From a virus, in the IMG/VR virus record IMGVR_UViG_3300027759_000077, positions 6,946-70,945 of that record: 64,000 bases of DNA. One strand, 5' to 3'. A program made the position numbers and the translations under genes. The notes under the pieces are model-generated. The model was not told where the DNA came from and did no database searches. It saw nothing but the letters and a program-made list of their open reading frames with translations. Below, piece by piece: positions 9,321 to 17,475 of the stretch; position 1 is the first letter of the stretch, and each line of letters begins with the position of its first letter.

Positions 9321-9571
9321 GTTTAAAAATATTTGTTAAGCCCTCAGGTTCCGTCGTATCTCTTTATAACGAAAAATTGGATATACGAAAGCTTGGCAAC
9401 TCGGTTATGCGTCGAGTAGCTAGCATCGAACCTGGGGAGGGGCAAGAGTCTAACCAATGGGTAGTAACACTAGAGGAAGACAAAACCCGAATAGGTTGTT
9501 TTTCTTTAAGGTCAGAAGCCTTGGAGTTCGAAGAAACCACAGTAGTACGGAGGCTACGAAATGGAAAGTGA
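9317..9571 (+). CDS. Conserved small protein of the AAA cluster
   Basis: IFVKPSGSVVSLYNE..LG..MRRVASIEP..W..GCF..RSEALEFE. ATGA overlap. Confidence 0.65.
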   Translation: MSLKIFVKPSGSVVSLYNEKLDIRKLGNSVMRRVASIEPGEGQESNQWVVTLEEDKTRIGCFSLRSEALEFEETTVVRRLRNGK

Positions 9572-9863
9572 ATTAGAAAAAACAATCAACAAATTTTTCA
9601 CAAGGAAGTTTGAAGAGAACTCGGAAAAAGTAGAACATCTTTTAGAACAATCACAACAAGAAGGTGTAGCAGCCATTAGCACAGCAATAGAAGACGGTCT
9701 GAAAAAAGTAAAACAAGAACTAGAAGTCTACTTAGATGAAAAAAAGCAAGAGTTAGATGAGTTAGAAAAAAGACTGACAAAAAAGATTGCGTTAGAAGTC
9801 AGACAAAGTTTTGAATCTAACACAAAAACAAACAGGAGATTCCCATGGTTGTGGACCAAATAA
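9561..9863 (+). CDS. Coiled-coil hypothetical protein
   Basis: Glu/Lys-rich heptads; overlaps its neighbour. Confidence 0.6.
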   Translation: MESELEKTINKFFTRKFEENSEKVEHLLEQSQQEGVAAISTAIEDGLKKVKQELEVYLDEKKQELDELEKRLTKKIALEVRQSFESNTKTNRRFPWLWTK

Positions 9864-9982
9864 TTTCAACAATTAGTAATTCATCCGGCGATGTAGTAAT
9901 AGGTCTTGCTTTAGCAATCGTGGACATTTTAGCTGAAGTGTTCACAAATCTTTTAGTTTATATTTTAGAAAGGATTCTTTAA
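9845..9982 (+). CDS. Small hydrophobic protein (45 aa, not in ORF track)
   Basis: MVVDQIISTISNSSGDVVIGLALAIVDILAEVFTNLLVYILERIL; its stop is TAATG-coupled to the next gene. Confidence 0.5.
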   Translation: MVVDQIISTISNSSGDVVIGLALAIVDILAEVFTNLLVYILERIL

Positions 9983-10233
9983 TGACTGAGTCAGATACGT
10001 TTTTTGGCACAATGTGGCACATCTGGTTTGTTGCAGCTTCAGTAGATAACCCCGTTATAAAAGGGTTTTATACAGTAGCTGTAACACGGGAAGAAGCTCT
10101 TAGAGATTTTAAGAATTACGCTTCTCACGTTTTAAAAACTAATATTGATAACGAAGATGTAAACATTGAAGCGTATGTAGACAATGTCGTAGTAAGCCCT
10201 TTCTTTAAAACAATCACTATTAATTCGGACTGA
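9982..10233 (+). CDS. Hypothetical protein
   Basis: 83-aa ORF with an AGGA RBS. Confidence 0.55.
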   Translation: MTESDTFFGTMWHIWFVAASVDNPVIKGFYTVAVTREEALRDFKNYASHVLKTNIDNEDVNIEAYVDNVVVSPFFKTITINSD

Positions 10234-10235
10234 AG

Positions 10236-10478
10236 ATGTACCTGACCAAAAAAGAAGTGGCAACACGGATCAATGTCAGTCTAAGTACGGTTAACAGGAT
10301 TCTCATAGATGGAAAACTTCCATTTATTAGAGTCTCACCAAAAGTAGTTAGAATACAGGAAATTGATTTCCAGAAGTGGGTAAAGGAATGCCGAGTAACA
10401 GAGAACCGGAAAAAGGCAGTTTCGTTAAACTTAATCTCCCAGATTGGTTTAATACTAAAGAAGCCAAAGAAGCTTTAA
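10236..10478 (+). CDS. Excisionase-like HTH (HTH_17) DNA-binding protein
   Basis: YLTKKEVATRINVSLSTVNRILIDGKLPFIRVS.KVVRI. Confidence 0.85.
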   Translation: MYLTKKEVATRINVSLSTVNRILIDGKLPFIRVSPKVVRIQEIDFQKWVKECRVTENRKKAVSLNLISQIGLILKKPKKL

Positions 10479-10690
10479 ACCAAGCTTACAATACAGGGTT
10501 ACCTACCTCTCACATCAGAGGTAAAGAGCCTAATGAAAAGTCTCAAATACTTATACCTTTTGACGATGGTGATAGCCCATACAAGAGACTATTTAGTGAA
10601 TATATATGGATAACAATTTGCGCCAAAGCCAGCAAGATGCACATGAACCATGGGCTGCTTTGGTTAACTAACCACAAGGATTCAAAATGA
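10376..10690 (+). CDS. Hypothetical protein (start uncertain)
   Basis: Fills the gap to the next gene with an ATGA overlap. Confidence 0.45.
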   Translation: MGKGMPSNREPEKGSFVKLNLPDWFNTKEAKEALNQAYNTGLPTSHIRGKEPNEKSQILIPFDDGDSPYKRLFSEYIWITICAKASKMHMNHGLLWLTNHKDSK

Positions 10691-11196
10691 TAATGACTCA
10701 AGAAGTTATTGAAGAGTACGGCGACCGTATAGTTCGAGAAGTATCTGTTGAAGCCCACGCTATGTTAACAGTTGGAACATTGATAGGTATTAAGTTGGTT
10801 AAAGAAGGAACAATAACTACACCAGAAGAATCAATAATCGGCGGTATAATTCTGCTTTCGGGAAACTCCTTAGTTGCAGCACACTACCGAGAAATTAGTG
10901 GTAACGATTTTAAGCGTTCATCTTATCTCCTGTTCCCAACCACAATAGGAATGCTTAAGTCTAGTGTTCAGTCTCTTGCTGGAAAAAACACCGTTGTTGA
11001 TTTCCCTCCGTTCGACCCTTTAAAACTTTACGCTTATATTTTTTATGGGAATGGATTCACAATTAAAGAAATCCCATTCTATAACTCGGTAGAAAAGATC
11101 AGCGAAATGGCTAGTCTTGTTGCCAAGAAAATACACATGCTTCCAGCCAGCAAAGAACTTGAAGAACTTTTAGACACCTACAAAAAGGCAGAATAA
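10687..11196 (+). CDS. Hypothetical protein
   Basis: 169-aa ORF within the operon. Confidence 0.6.
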   Translation: MIMTQEVIEEYGDRIVREVSVEAHAMLTVGTLIGIKLVKEGTITTPEESIIGGIILLSGNSLVAAHYREISGNDFKRSSYLLFPTTIGMLKSSVQSLAGKNTVVDFPPFDPLKLYAYIFYGNGFTIKEIPFYNSVEKISEMASLVAKKIHMLPASKELEELLDTYKKAE

Positions 11197-11198
11197 CT

Positions 11199-12071
11199 AT
11201 GAAGATTACCAATAAGTTTAATTTACCTTTGTCTTTAGTAGCAGCCGTTTCAAACGACACTTACTCTAAAGGCGATGCAAATATCTCTGTCACTTCACTT
11301 TGGAAATCACCAAGAATCATGGTGCTAGAAGAACGGCATGCTGAAGAGCTTGAGCGAGATGTTATCGATTCTCTTTGGTCACTCTTAGGTAAAGGTGTGC
11401 ATGAGGTTTTATGCAACGCAGATAATGATCCCGATGTAATGACCGAAAAGCGAATGTCGATTGAAGTCTCTGGGTGGAAAGTGTCAGGACAATTTGACCG
11501 CTACCTCCCCAGCACAAAAACGCTACAGGATTACAAAGTAACTTCAGCTTGGTCACTGGTGTACGACTCTCGTCGGGAAGACTGGGAGAATCAGCTTAAT
11601 ACCTACGCTTACATATTAAGGACTTTTGGTTTTGAAGTTTTCAACTTGGAAGTGGTTGCAGTGTTACGAGACTGGAGCCAAGCCGAAGCTCTTAGAAATC
11701 AAAACTATCCTCAGCAACCTATTGCCACAATACCACTAAAGCTTTGGACAAACTTTGAAGCTCAAGAACGAATTGCAGAGCGGGTGAAATTGCATCAAGA
11801 TGCAAAACTGACACTACCCCTGTGTACGGAAAAAGACCAATGGGCTCAGCCTGGTAAATGGGCAGTCATGAAAACGAGCAGGAAGTCAGCGGTAAAACTG
11901 TATGACTCCCATGCCGAAGCCCTCTTACATTTAGAAGAAGGTAACGATTCTAAACTTTACGCTGTAGAGCGTAAAGGAACTAAAACTCGGTGCGAAAGGT
12001 ATTGCGCCGTGAAGGATTTCTGCGACCAATATAAAATGGAGTCTACACATGCGCTTGATGATCTGGAATAA
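11199..12071 (+). CDS. PD-(D/E)XK (Cas4/RecB-like) exonuclease
   Basis: GKGVHEVL, EKR, SGQFD, DYKVT, QLNTYAY, and C-terminal C..CERYCAVKDFC (possible Fe-S cluster). Confidence 0.8.
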   Translation: MKITNKFNLPLSLVAAVSNDTYSKGDANISVTSLWKSPRIMVLEERHAEELERDVIDSLWSLLGKGVHEVLCNADNDPDVMTEKRMSIEVSGWKVSGQFDRYLPSTKTLQDYKVTSAWSLVYDSRREDWENQLNTYAYILRTFGFEVFNLEVVAVLRDWSQAEALRNQNYPQQPIATIPLKLWTNFEAQERIAERVKLHQDAKLTLPLCTEKDQWAQPGKWAVMKTSRKSAVKLYDSHAEALLHLEEGNDSKLYAVERKGTKTRCERYCAVKDFCDQYKMESTHALDDLE

Positions 12072-12300
12072 TCGCCCCAAGCTTATTAAACAAAACGGCT
12101 ATTTTGTCACTGGTACAGTGATCATAATTTCAGAATCGCTGCCTTCAGCAATCAACATGATTACCAATCCAAAACTAAGTGGGCTCCCTGCCGATTTGGT
12201 TTCTAAAGAGATTGCAAACCTTCCCGACATCAACGCACAGGTGCTTTCTAAAGATATCGGCATCTGGGCATTTCCATCTAACGACACGGAGGACGAATGA
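12049..12300 (+). CDS. Hypothetical protein
   Basis: 83 aa, overlapping its neighbours. Confidence 0.45.
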   Translation: MRLMIWNNRPKLIKQNGYFVTGTVIIISESLPSAINMITNPKLSGLPADLVSKEIANLPDINAQVLSKDIGIWAFPSNDTEDE

Positions 12301-12494
12301 TAACTAAAACTGAAACATCAAAAGAGCTACTTGAAAATCTGACCTACTTGGTAAAAGACTTTCAAGCTGAGTGGAAAGCTAACGAAAACAATTTGAACGA
12401 TATTCCATATGACGGATGGCCTTGTGCTGGACTTCCGTTTTTTAAAAAAGCTTTAAAGCTAATAAACAAACTTAAAAAGAATCAACCCGATTAA
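12297..12494 (+). CDS. Hypothetical protein
   Basis: GGAGG RBS; ATGA overlap. Confidence 0.55.
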   Translation: MITKTETSKELLENLTYLVKDFQAEWKANENNLNDIPYDGWPCAGLPFFKKALKLINKLKKNQPD

Positions 12495-12557
12495 CCAAAG
12501 CGTTGCTTTGGATTTACCGCTGGGATTTCCCCAGTATTTTTCATGGAGGATGGTGCT

Positions 12558-12788
12558 ATGTTTTCATTCGTGTTAGCCACTGTAGTGGCAATTTCTTCGG
12601 TGTCGGTAGACGGTATCTTTGGCAAGAAGTCTTCTTGCGCCGGTGGTACTTGTTCTGCTCCTGTTGCTGTAGCTGCAAAGCCAGCGGTAGCGGAAAAGAA
12701 AGTCGAAGCCAAAGTTACAACATCTTGCTCGAAAAAAGCGAGAGGACATTTTAAACTCTTTACTTCCCGCAAGGGCTGTAAGAGCTAG
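12558..12788 (+). CDS. Small secreted Cys-containing peptide
   Basis: GGAGG RBS; signal-like MFSFVLATVVAISSVSVDG; CAGGTC motif; basic tail. Confidence 0.65.
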   Translation: MFSFVLATVVAISSVSVDGIFGKKSSCAGGTCSAPVAVAAKPAVAEKKVEAKVTTSCSKKARGHFKLFTSRKGCKS

Positions 12789-12822
12789 AAAAGTAATGTT
12801 TTAATTTTGGGTTGATAGGGTT

Positions 12823-12859
12823 AGGGGGAGAGGGGTAAAACCTTCTCCCTCTTTTTTTT
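12823..12859 (+). terminator. Intrinsic terminator
   Basis: Stem AGGGGGAGAGGG/CCTTCTCCCTCT (with G-U pairs) followed by a T-run. Confidence 0.75.
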
Positions 12860-12870
12860 AAAGGATACAT

Positions 12871-13527
12871 ATGATTGAAACACCAGCAAAAAATCATCGA
12901 ACGCATGTCGAGTTTATAGAAGCAAAGTTTAGAGCTTGGGAAGATAGACAAGAAGAATTATTGGAAATGAAACTTTACGAATTTTGGGGAATTGCAGAAG
13001 AAGCTGTTCAGCAAGTAAAAGATGAATGGGAAAATGAAAAGCAGATCATAAAAAAAGAACAAGAAGAAACAGTAACGGAAACTTATCCTTATTATGTACT
13101 TGGAAGAAAACAAAATAGTCTAGATCATGAAATAGCAGAAACATTTTTTAAAGAGGTATGGAAACTTACACTTGGAACTACATCGTTCTGTGGAAAAGAT
13201 AAAACTTTTGGGCCTAACGGTATCGAATGTCGAATAGTAAAAAGCCCTAATAATTTATTTACAGAAGGAAATATAAGTTATTACTATAAAAACGGAGGAT
13301 GTGGTGGGGGATATTTTAATTTTTTTAATAATCACACCGCTTTTGAAACTTTAGAAGAAGCACAAGAAGATGTATTAACAGAATGTATCTCAATACACAA
13401 AAGGCAGTTTGATCAATTTCCAGAAGATACGAAACAAGACAAACTTATCAAACATTTACAAAGCTTACTTAACACTATTAAAGGTGGAGTAGTTAAAGAA
13501 GCTTCGGGACAGCTTACATTCTTTTAA
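12871..13527 (+). CDS. Hypothetical protein
   Basis: 218-aa ORF with AGGA RBS. Confidence 0.6.
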   Translation: MIETPAKNHRTHVEFIEAKFRAWEDRQEELLEMKLYEFWGIAEEAVQQVKDEWENEKQIIKKEQEETVTETYPYYVLGRKQNSLDHEIAETFFKEVWKLTLGTTSFCGKDKTFGPNGIECRIVKSPNNLFTEGNISYYYKNGGCGGGYFNFFNNHTAFETLEEAQEDVLTECISIHKRQFDQFPEDTKQDKLIKHLQSLLNTIKGGVVKEASGQLTFF

Positions 13528-13536
13528 GGGATTAAA

Positions 13537-13749
13537 ATGAAAGAGACAAAAACTCGCTATATTGTTTGCTACATGCTCAGAAAGCCTGTCAATAAAAAGG
13601 ACGTTTTTTCAGAGCCTACATTGTTCTCTGACTACGATTGTTTTGAAACACTCAAAGAAACAAAAGTGTTTTATAAAACCCTATTAGAGCGAAGGGAACT
13701 GTACAGTGCCAGCATTACAAAAATATTAGAGTCTACCGATTATTTTTAA
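13537..13749 (+). CDS. Hypothetical protein
   Basis: 70-aa ORF with RBS. Confidence 0.55.
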   Translation: MKETKTRYIVCYMLRKPVNKKDVFSEPTLFSDYDCFETLKETKVFYKTLLERRELYSASITKILESTDYF

Positions 13750-13759
13750 GGAGTTTAAA

Positions 13760-13987
13760 ATGGATAACGATTTTAGAATTTATGTAGACCGTGGAGGTAA
13801 GATGCCACAGCTACGCTATAAGAAATGGAGGAGTGCTACACACCCCTATTACATTCGATACTCAGGGGATCATCCAGTAGCTCTCAAAGGCCCTGTTGAA
13901 TTGTTAGCTGAAGACATAACAAAGACAAAAGTTTTTAGCTATGCTCAACACGAATACGTAAGCATGGCGAACATACCGCAAGAGTAA
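13760..13987 (+). CDS. Hypothetical protein
   Basis: 75-aa ORF with AGGAG RBS. Confidence 0.55.
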   Translation: MDNDFRIYVDRGGKMPQLRYKKWRSATHPYYIRYSGDHPVALKGPVELLAEDITKTKVFSYAQHEYVSMANIPQE

Positions 13988-14020
13988 GAAATGAACGCAT
14001 GGAAGTTGAAAAACGATAAG

Positions 14021-14049
14021 ATTTTGGCCCACGCATTGGCCCACGCAAA
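14021..14049 (+). repeat. Putative integrase arm-type site, left (tandem TTGGCCCACGCA x2)
   Basis: 29-bp ATTTTGGCCCACGCATTGGCCCACGCAAA, identical to 14349-14377. Confidence 0.8.
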
Positions 14050-14100
14050 AAACAAATACACATTAAATCCCAGTAAAAACACAATAAATAAAAGAAACGG

Positions 14101-14148
14101 AACGGATTTCTAATCCGTCGGTCACTGGTTCGAATCCAGTCAGGGGCA
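14101..14148 (+). other. attP core: 3' half of tRNA-Arg(TCT)
   Basis: Anticodon arm ACGGA-TTTCTAA-TCCGT, T arm ACTGG-TTCGAAT-CCAGT, acceptor 3' strand CAGGGGC-A. No D arm or 5' acceptor strand upstream. Adjacent to the integrase. Confidence 0.85.
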
Positions 14149-14348
14149 TTTTCATTTCCTCTTTAATCTAGTAATCATTCTTCCTACCAGACTTCAATTA
14201 ATACACGGGATAATCAGTGATAATAGGCTTTTCATAGTAAGAACCATTCTTCTTTTAAACGTAAAAACTTAAAGGATAGGATGGTTCTTATTTTTTTTGG
14301 CCCTTTTCAAAACCACCACAATCTTGCTGTTTGTGACTTTATGATTCA

Positions 14349-14377
14349 ATTTTGGCCCACGCATTGGCCCACGCAAA
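14349..14377 (+). repeat. Putative integrase arm-type site, right
   Basis: Second identical 29-bp copy, on the other side of the tRNA core. Confidence 0.8.
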
Positions 14378-14421
14378 CTGATTCTCTATACTCCTATTGG
14401 TGGTTCAAAAAGGAGATTCAA

Positions 14422-15732
14422 ATGGCACACGTGGAAAGAATCAAAAGGGTCTACTACCTCTTAGATGGAAAACGAGTAAGCTCGTCCACTAAAGGTGCTG
14501 TCAAAACCGTCGAGTTATCGAAGGATTTCTATGGGGTGTTTAGAGATCATGAGGGTAAAAGACACAGGCTAAGACTGCCTGGTATAACAACCAAAGCCAA
14601 GGCTGTTGAAGAGTTCAAGTCAGCAATCTCTAAAATTAAAAAAACAACCGAAGAAGATTTGGATAAAAACGAAGAAGATGTTGATAAATTAATAACCCTG
14701 TATGAAGAGTCTTTAACCAATGAGGGGCTTAAGAGTCAGACAGTGAGCGATGAGACATCAAAGGTAAAGTTTATCATCTTGAAGTCTCTACAAGTTATTC
14801 GTTTGGAGGAGATAGATATTTCAATAATTCAAGAAAAATTAAAAAATAGTTCTTCCCACACCAACAGTAAGAAGCCCAAACCCTTATCCACCCGAACTAA
14901 GAACTTTTATATCGGAGCCCTTGTTCGGTTTGGGAAGTGGTTAAAGCGAAAAAAATATTGGGATAAAAACATCTTCACCCGCCTAAAAAAGTTTAGAGGG
15001 GTAGAGGTTAAGATAAGAAGGTTTATGACCCAGCTTGAGTTGGAGGCTATCTTCAAAACAGCTAAGGCAAGAATGCCCTATAACGTCGGAAGGACAGCTA
15101 AGACTATATCCATCCAACTGTCTAGCGGTAAGTATGAGCTAACACGCAAAGTAAAAGGTAAGGTAATCTCTTGCGGTTTCTTTGATACTAAAAAGCAAGC
15201 GGAGAAAGCGTCACGCAGCATGACCTTAGCCAAAGGACAAGAAAGGGTTTTGTTTTATAAGTTCCTGTTCTATACATTGACTCGGGCCGGTAGTGCCAGA
15301 GAAGTTATTGTCGGGCAATTTAATTTCAAGAAAGAGCCTGCTGAAGTTGTCTTGCGAGGCGATCAAGTTAAAAATAAAACAACGGTAACCAAACCTCTGC
15401 ACCCTGCACTGGCAACAGAGTTGAGGCTTTGGATTAAAGAGAATAATCTAACACCGGATGACAAAGTGTTTAACATACGAAAATCTATAGTTGGGGATTT
15501 TAATCGGGATTTAAAAGCGGCGGGTATTCAGAAAGTACTTCCTGACGGAACGAGTTTAGATATTCACTCATTTAAAACAACTGCTATTTCTATGTTAAGC
15601 GATGCGGGGGTTCCAATTAAATGGATACAGCATATGGCAGAACATCAGAAAGCGGAAACAACGTTAGGACATTATGCCAGAGTCAATCAAACTAATCTAA
15701 GTCAGATGTTTCATCATCTTCCAACTCTGTAG
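14422..15732 (+). CDS. int: Tyrosine recombinase / phage integrase
   Basis: Likely start MAHVER (AGGAG RBS). Catalytic pattern YTLTR..., KNK, DIHSFK, MAEH, TTLGHY. Lies next to attP. Confidence 0.9.
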   Translation: MAHVERIKRVYYLLDGKRVSSSTKGAVKTVELSKDFYGVFRDHEGKRHRLRLPGITTKAKAVEEFKSAISKIKKTTEEDLDKNEEDVDKLITLYEESLTNEGLKSQTVSDETSKVKFIILKSLQVIRLEEIDISIIQEKLKNSSSHTNSKKPKPLSTRTKNFYIGALVRFGKWLKRKKYWDKNIFTRLKKFRGVEVKIRRFMTQLELEAIFKTAKARMPYNVGRTAKTISIQLSSGKYELTRKVKGKVISCGFFDTKKQAEKASRSMTLAKGQERVLFYKFLFYTLTRAGSAREVIVGQFNFKKEPAEVVLRGDQVKNKTTVTKPLHPALATELRLWIKENNLTPDDKVFNIRKSIVGDFNRDLKAAGIQKVLPDGTSLDIHSFKTTAISMLSDAGVPIKWIQHMAEHQKAETTLGHYARVNQTNLSQMFHHLPTL

Positions 15733-16261
15733 GTTCTTCCTTTTTTAAAAGTTCTTTTTCCAAAGCGATTTTTTTAAAAGTCTCTTTTCTTTTTAAAATC
15801 GACTCTTCTGTAGAATGACGTGAAAAAAATCGGTTAGCAACTAAAGTATTAAATTCTGTGTACATTCTTTTCCACTCTTGTGGACATGTTTCTTTTTTGT
15901 GTTTTATTCCCGTTGGTTTTTTTGGTGGGCGGGGGAGTCTCATATGTTCTAAGGTGTTGTTTTTTAAAACCTTATTCATTCGTTGTTGAACTTTTTCCCG
16001 TGAAGAGAGCAGATGAGTTCCTGGCTTGATAGTTACAAAATCCCTTCTCACCATGATAAGACACTCTTCCCCCATATCGTTTGTATAAAAGACAGTCCAG
16101 TAAAACCATTGCCCCTTTTCAATAAGATACCATGCGCTACAGTCACATGTTTTGGGTGTTATAAAAACAAGGCCGGAAAGAAGGTTGCTGACCCTCGTTC
16201 CGGCAAGGAGTTTGATAGTAGCTGTGTGAACTTCTTTACTACGCTTTGCTTTGCGATCCAT
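15692..16261 (-). CDS. Hypothetical basic protein, last gene of the late operon
   Basis: 189 aa, Lys-rich; overlaps the holin-like gene and converges on int. Confidence 0.55.
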   Translation of the reverse strand: MDRKAKRSKEVHTATIKLLAGTRVSNLLSGLVFITPKTCDCSAWYLIEKGQWFYWTVFYTNDMGEECLIMVRRDFVTIKPGTHLLSSREKVQQRMNKVLKNNTLEHMRLPRPPKKPTGIKHKKETCPQEWKRMYTEFNTLVANRFFSRHSTEESILKRKETFKKIALEKELLKKEEPTELEDDETSDLD

Positions 16262-16412
16262 TAGAAATTGCCTGTCTTAGGCCAAAGGCAGCAAGTGCCG
16301 CCATAAGTGATTGAAACGCTGTGTCAACAGAGCCCTGTGAGAACTGGTAAAATGCCAAGGCCAAAAGGCCAATGGCTGCGAGGTTGGTTTTGTAACCTTT
16401 TAGAGCATCCAT
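16239..16412 (-). CDS. Holin-like small membrane protein
   Basis: Likely start MDALKGYKT; two hydrophobic helices ending AAFGLRQAI. Confidence 0.6.
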   Translation of the reverse strand: MDALKGYKTNLAAIGLLALAFYQFSQGSVDTAFQSLMAALAAFGLRQAISNGSQSKA

Positions 16413-16416
16413 GAGA

Positions 16417-16683
16417 TTAACCTTTCTTTTCGGAGGGGGGGTTAAGAGCATTAATGATAGCAGATAGTTTTTCCTTCTTACGATTCTCCGCAGCGACCAT
16501 CTCGAGGATTGTGTCATAGTGATCCTTTGGTTCGAGAGTGGGAACAACTTCGACATCGGGTGCAACCTTTACGGGGACAACTGTAAAGGCTGGGATTGCA
16601 AATTTGCTGCTGTACTTGGAACAAGCGATCCAGCCTAAAACAAATCCTGCAACAATATAACCAGCGTGTGACATATCAAACAT
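16417..16683 (-). CDS. Membrane-anchored protein (lysis module)
   Basis: N-terminal TM segment AGYIVAGFVLGWIAC. Confidence 0.6.
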   Translation of the reverse strand: MFDMSHAGYIVAGFVLGWIACSKYSSKFAIPAFTVVPVKVAPDVEVVPTLEPKDHYDTILEMVAAENRKKEKLSAIINALNPPSEKKG

Positions 16684-17467
16684 GGGAACCTACTTTTTTG
16701 TTAGGGATTAAAAACAAGATCAAGGCTAGAAATGCCAAGACAGCAAAAGGGATGTAGTCACTGACAAAGGGAAACACTAGGGGCTTTCGCTTGTCAGGAT
16801 CTTTGTCGGGAGTGTAGTTTGGATCTGCTTTACGAAGAGCCGTAGCCAAGCCAATAGCTCCGTCAGCGTAGTCATCTTGTCTGTGTAACACCTTCCCCGT
16901 TGGAAGCTGAAGGTAGATAGTGGGTTTGCCTTCGGTAAAGAACCCTTGTCTTACTGCCCAGTTGTCAGGAGCGTAGTCTTGTATTAGGTACTTCTCTGAA
17001 AAGCTGGTTAGGGAAGGATCGTTTTCTAAGTCCTTGCGAACTTGTTTACGGATAGCTTCTGGCCCAATGATAGTAAGACGCAGTAGGCTCTTGTCATTAG
17101 GGACATTCTTCTCTTGCAAAGCCTGCAACGCTTCTTCCCCTGTTGCATCAATGCCGTTGATGATGTATCGCTCACGGGTATGGGGAGTAAGTCGGTTCAC
17201 ACCAAAGTTGGTTATCTCTGGCTTACGGGGTAAGTAATTCGCCGGTAAAGGATGGGGTGGGGTATTTTCCCCACCCTTGAAAGTGTCTGTCAAAGGGTCG
17301 TAAGGATGGTACTCGTTGAGGTCAAGGTGGTAGTTGCCTACTTGTTTGCCGTTTACAATAAGAGCTATCTGAGTCTTGTCCGTCATGGATACCCACTCAA
17401 CTGAGGGGCTTGCTGGTGCATCCCATGCACCAAGACTAAGCACTAAAAATAGCAAGGTAGCGTTCAT
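16676..17467 (-). CDS. Exported protein with signal peptide, thioredoxin-like domain lacking CxxC, and C-terminal TM anchor
   Basis: Likely start MNATLLFLVLSLGA; PTIYLQLPTGKVLHRQ; C-terminal FAVLAFLALILFLIP. Confidence 0.55.
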   Translation of the reverse strand: MNATLLFLVLSLGAWDAPASPSVEWVSMTDKTQIALIVNGKQVGNYHLDLNEYHPYDPLTDTFKGGENTPPHPLPANYLPRKPEITNFGVNRLTPHTRERYIINGIDATGEEALQALQEKNVPNDKSLLRLTIIGPEAIRKQVRKDLENDPSLTSFSEKYLIQDYAPDNWAVRQGFFTEGKPTIYLQLPTGKVLHRQDDYADGAIGLATALRKADPNYTPDKDPDKRKPLVFPFVSDYIPFAVLAFLALILFLIPNKKVGSHV

Positions 17468-17475
17468 GGGGAATC

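Noticed and set aside
11199-12071. CRISPR-associated cas4
   Set aside because: No cas1/cas2 or array seen; solo Cas4-like nucleases are common in phages.
14075-14148. Complete tRNA-Arg gene
   Set aside because: No D arm or 5' acceptor strand (GCCCCTG) upstream; interpreted as the attP core.
14021-14377. Mini-CRISPR array from the 29-bp direct repeats
   Set aside because: Only two copies about 300 bp apart, internally tandem and flanking an att core; fits integrase arm sites better.
14281-14421. N-terminal extension of the integrase in the ORF track
   Set aside because: Overlaps the right arm repeat; the strong RBS precedes the ATG at 14422.
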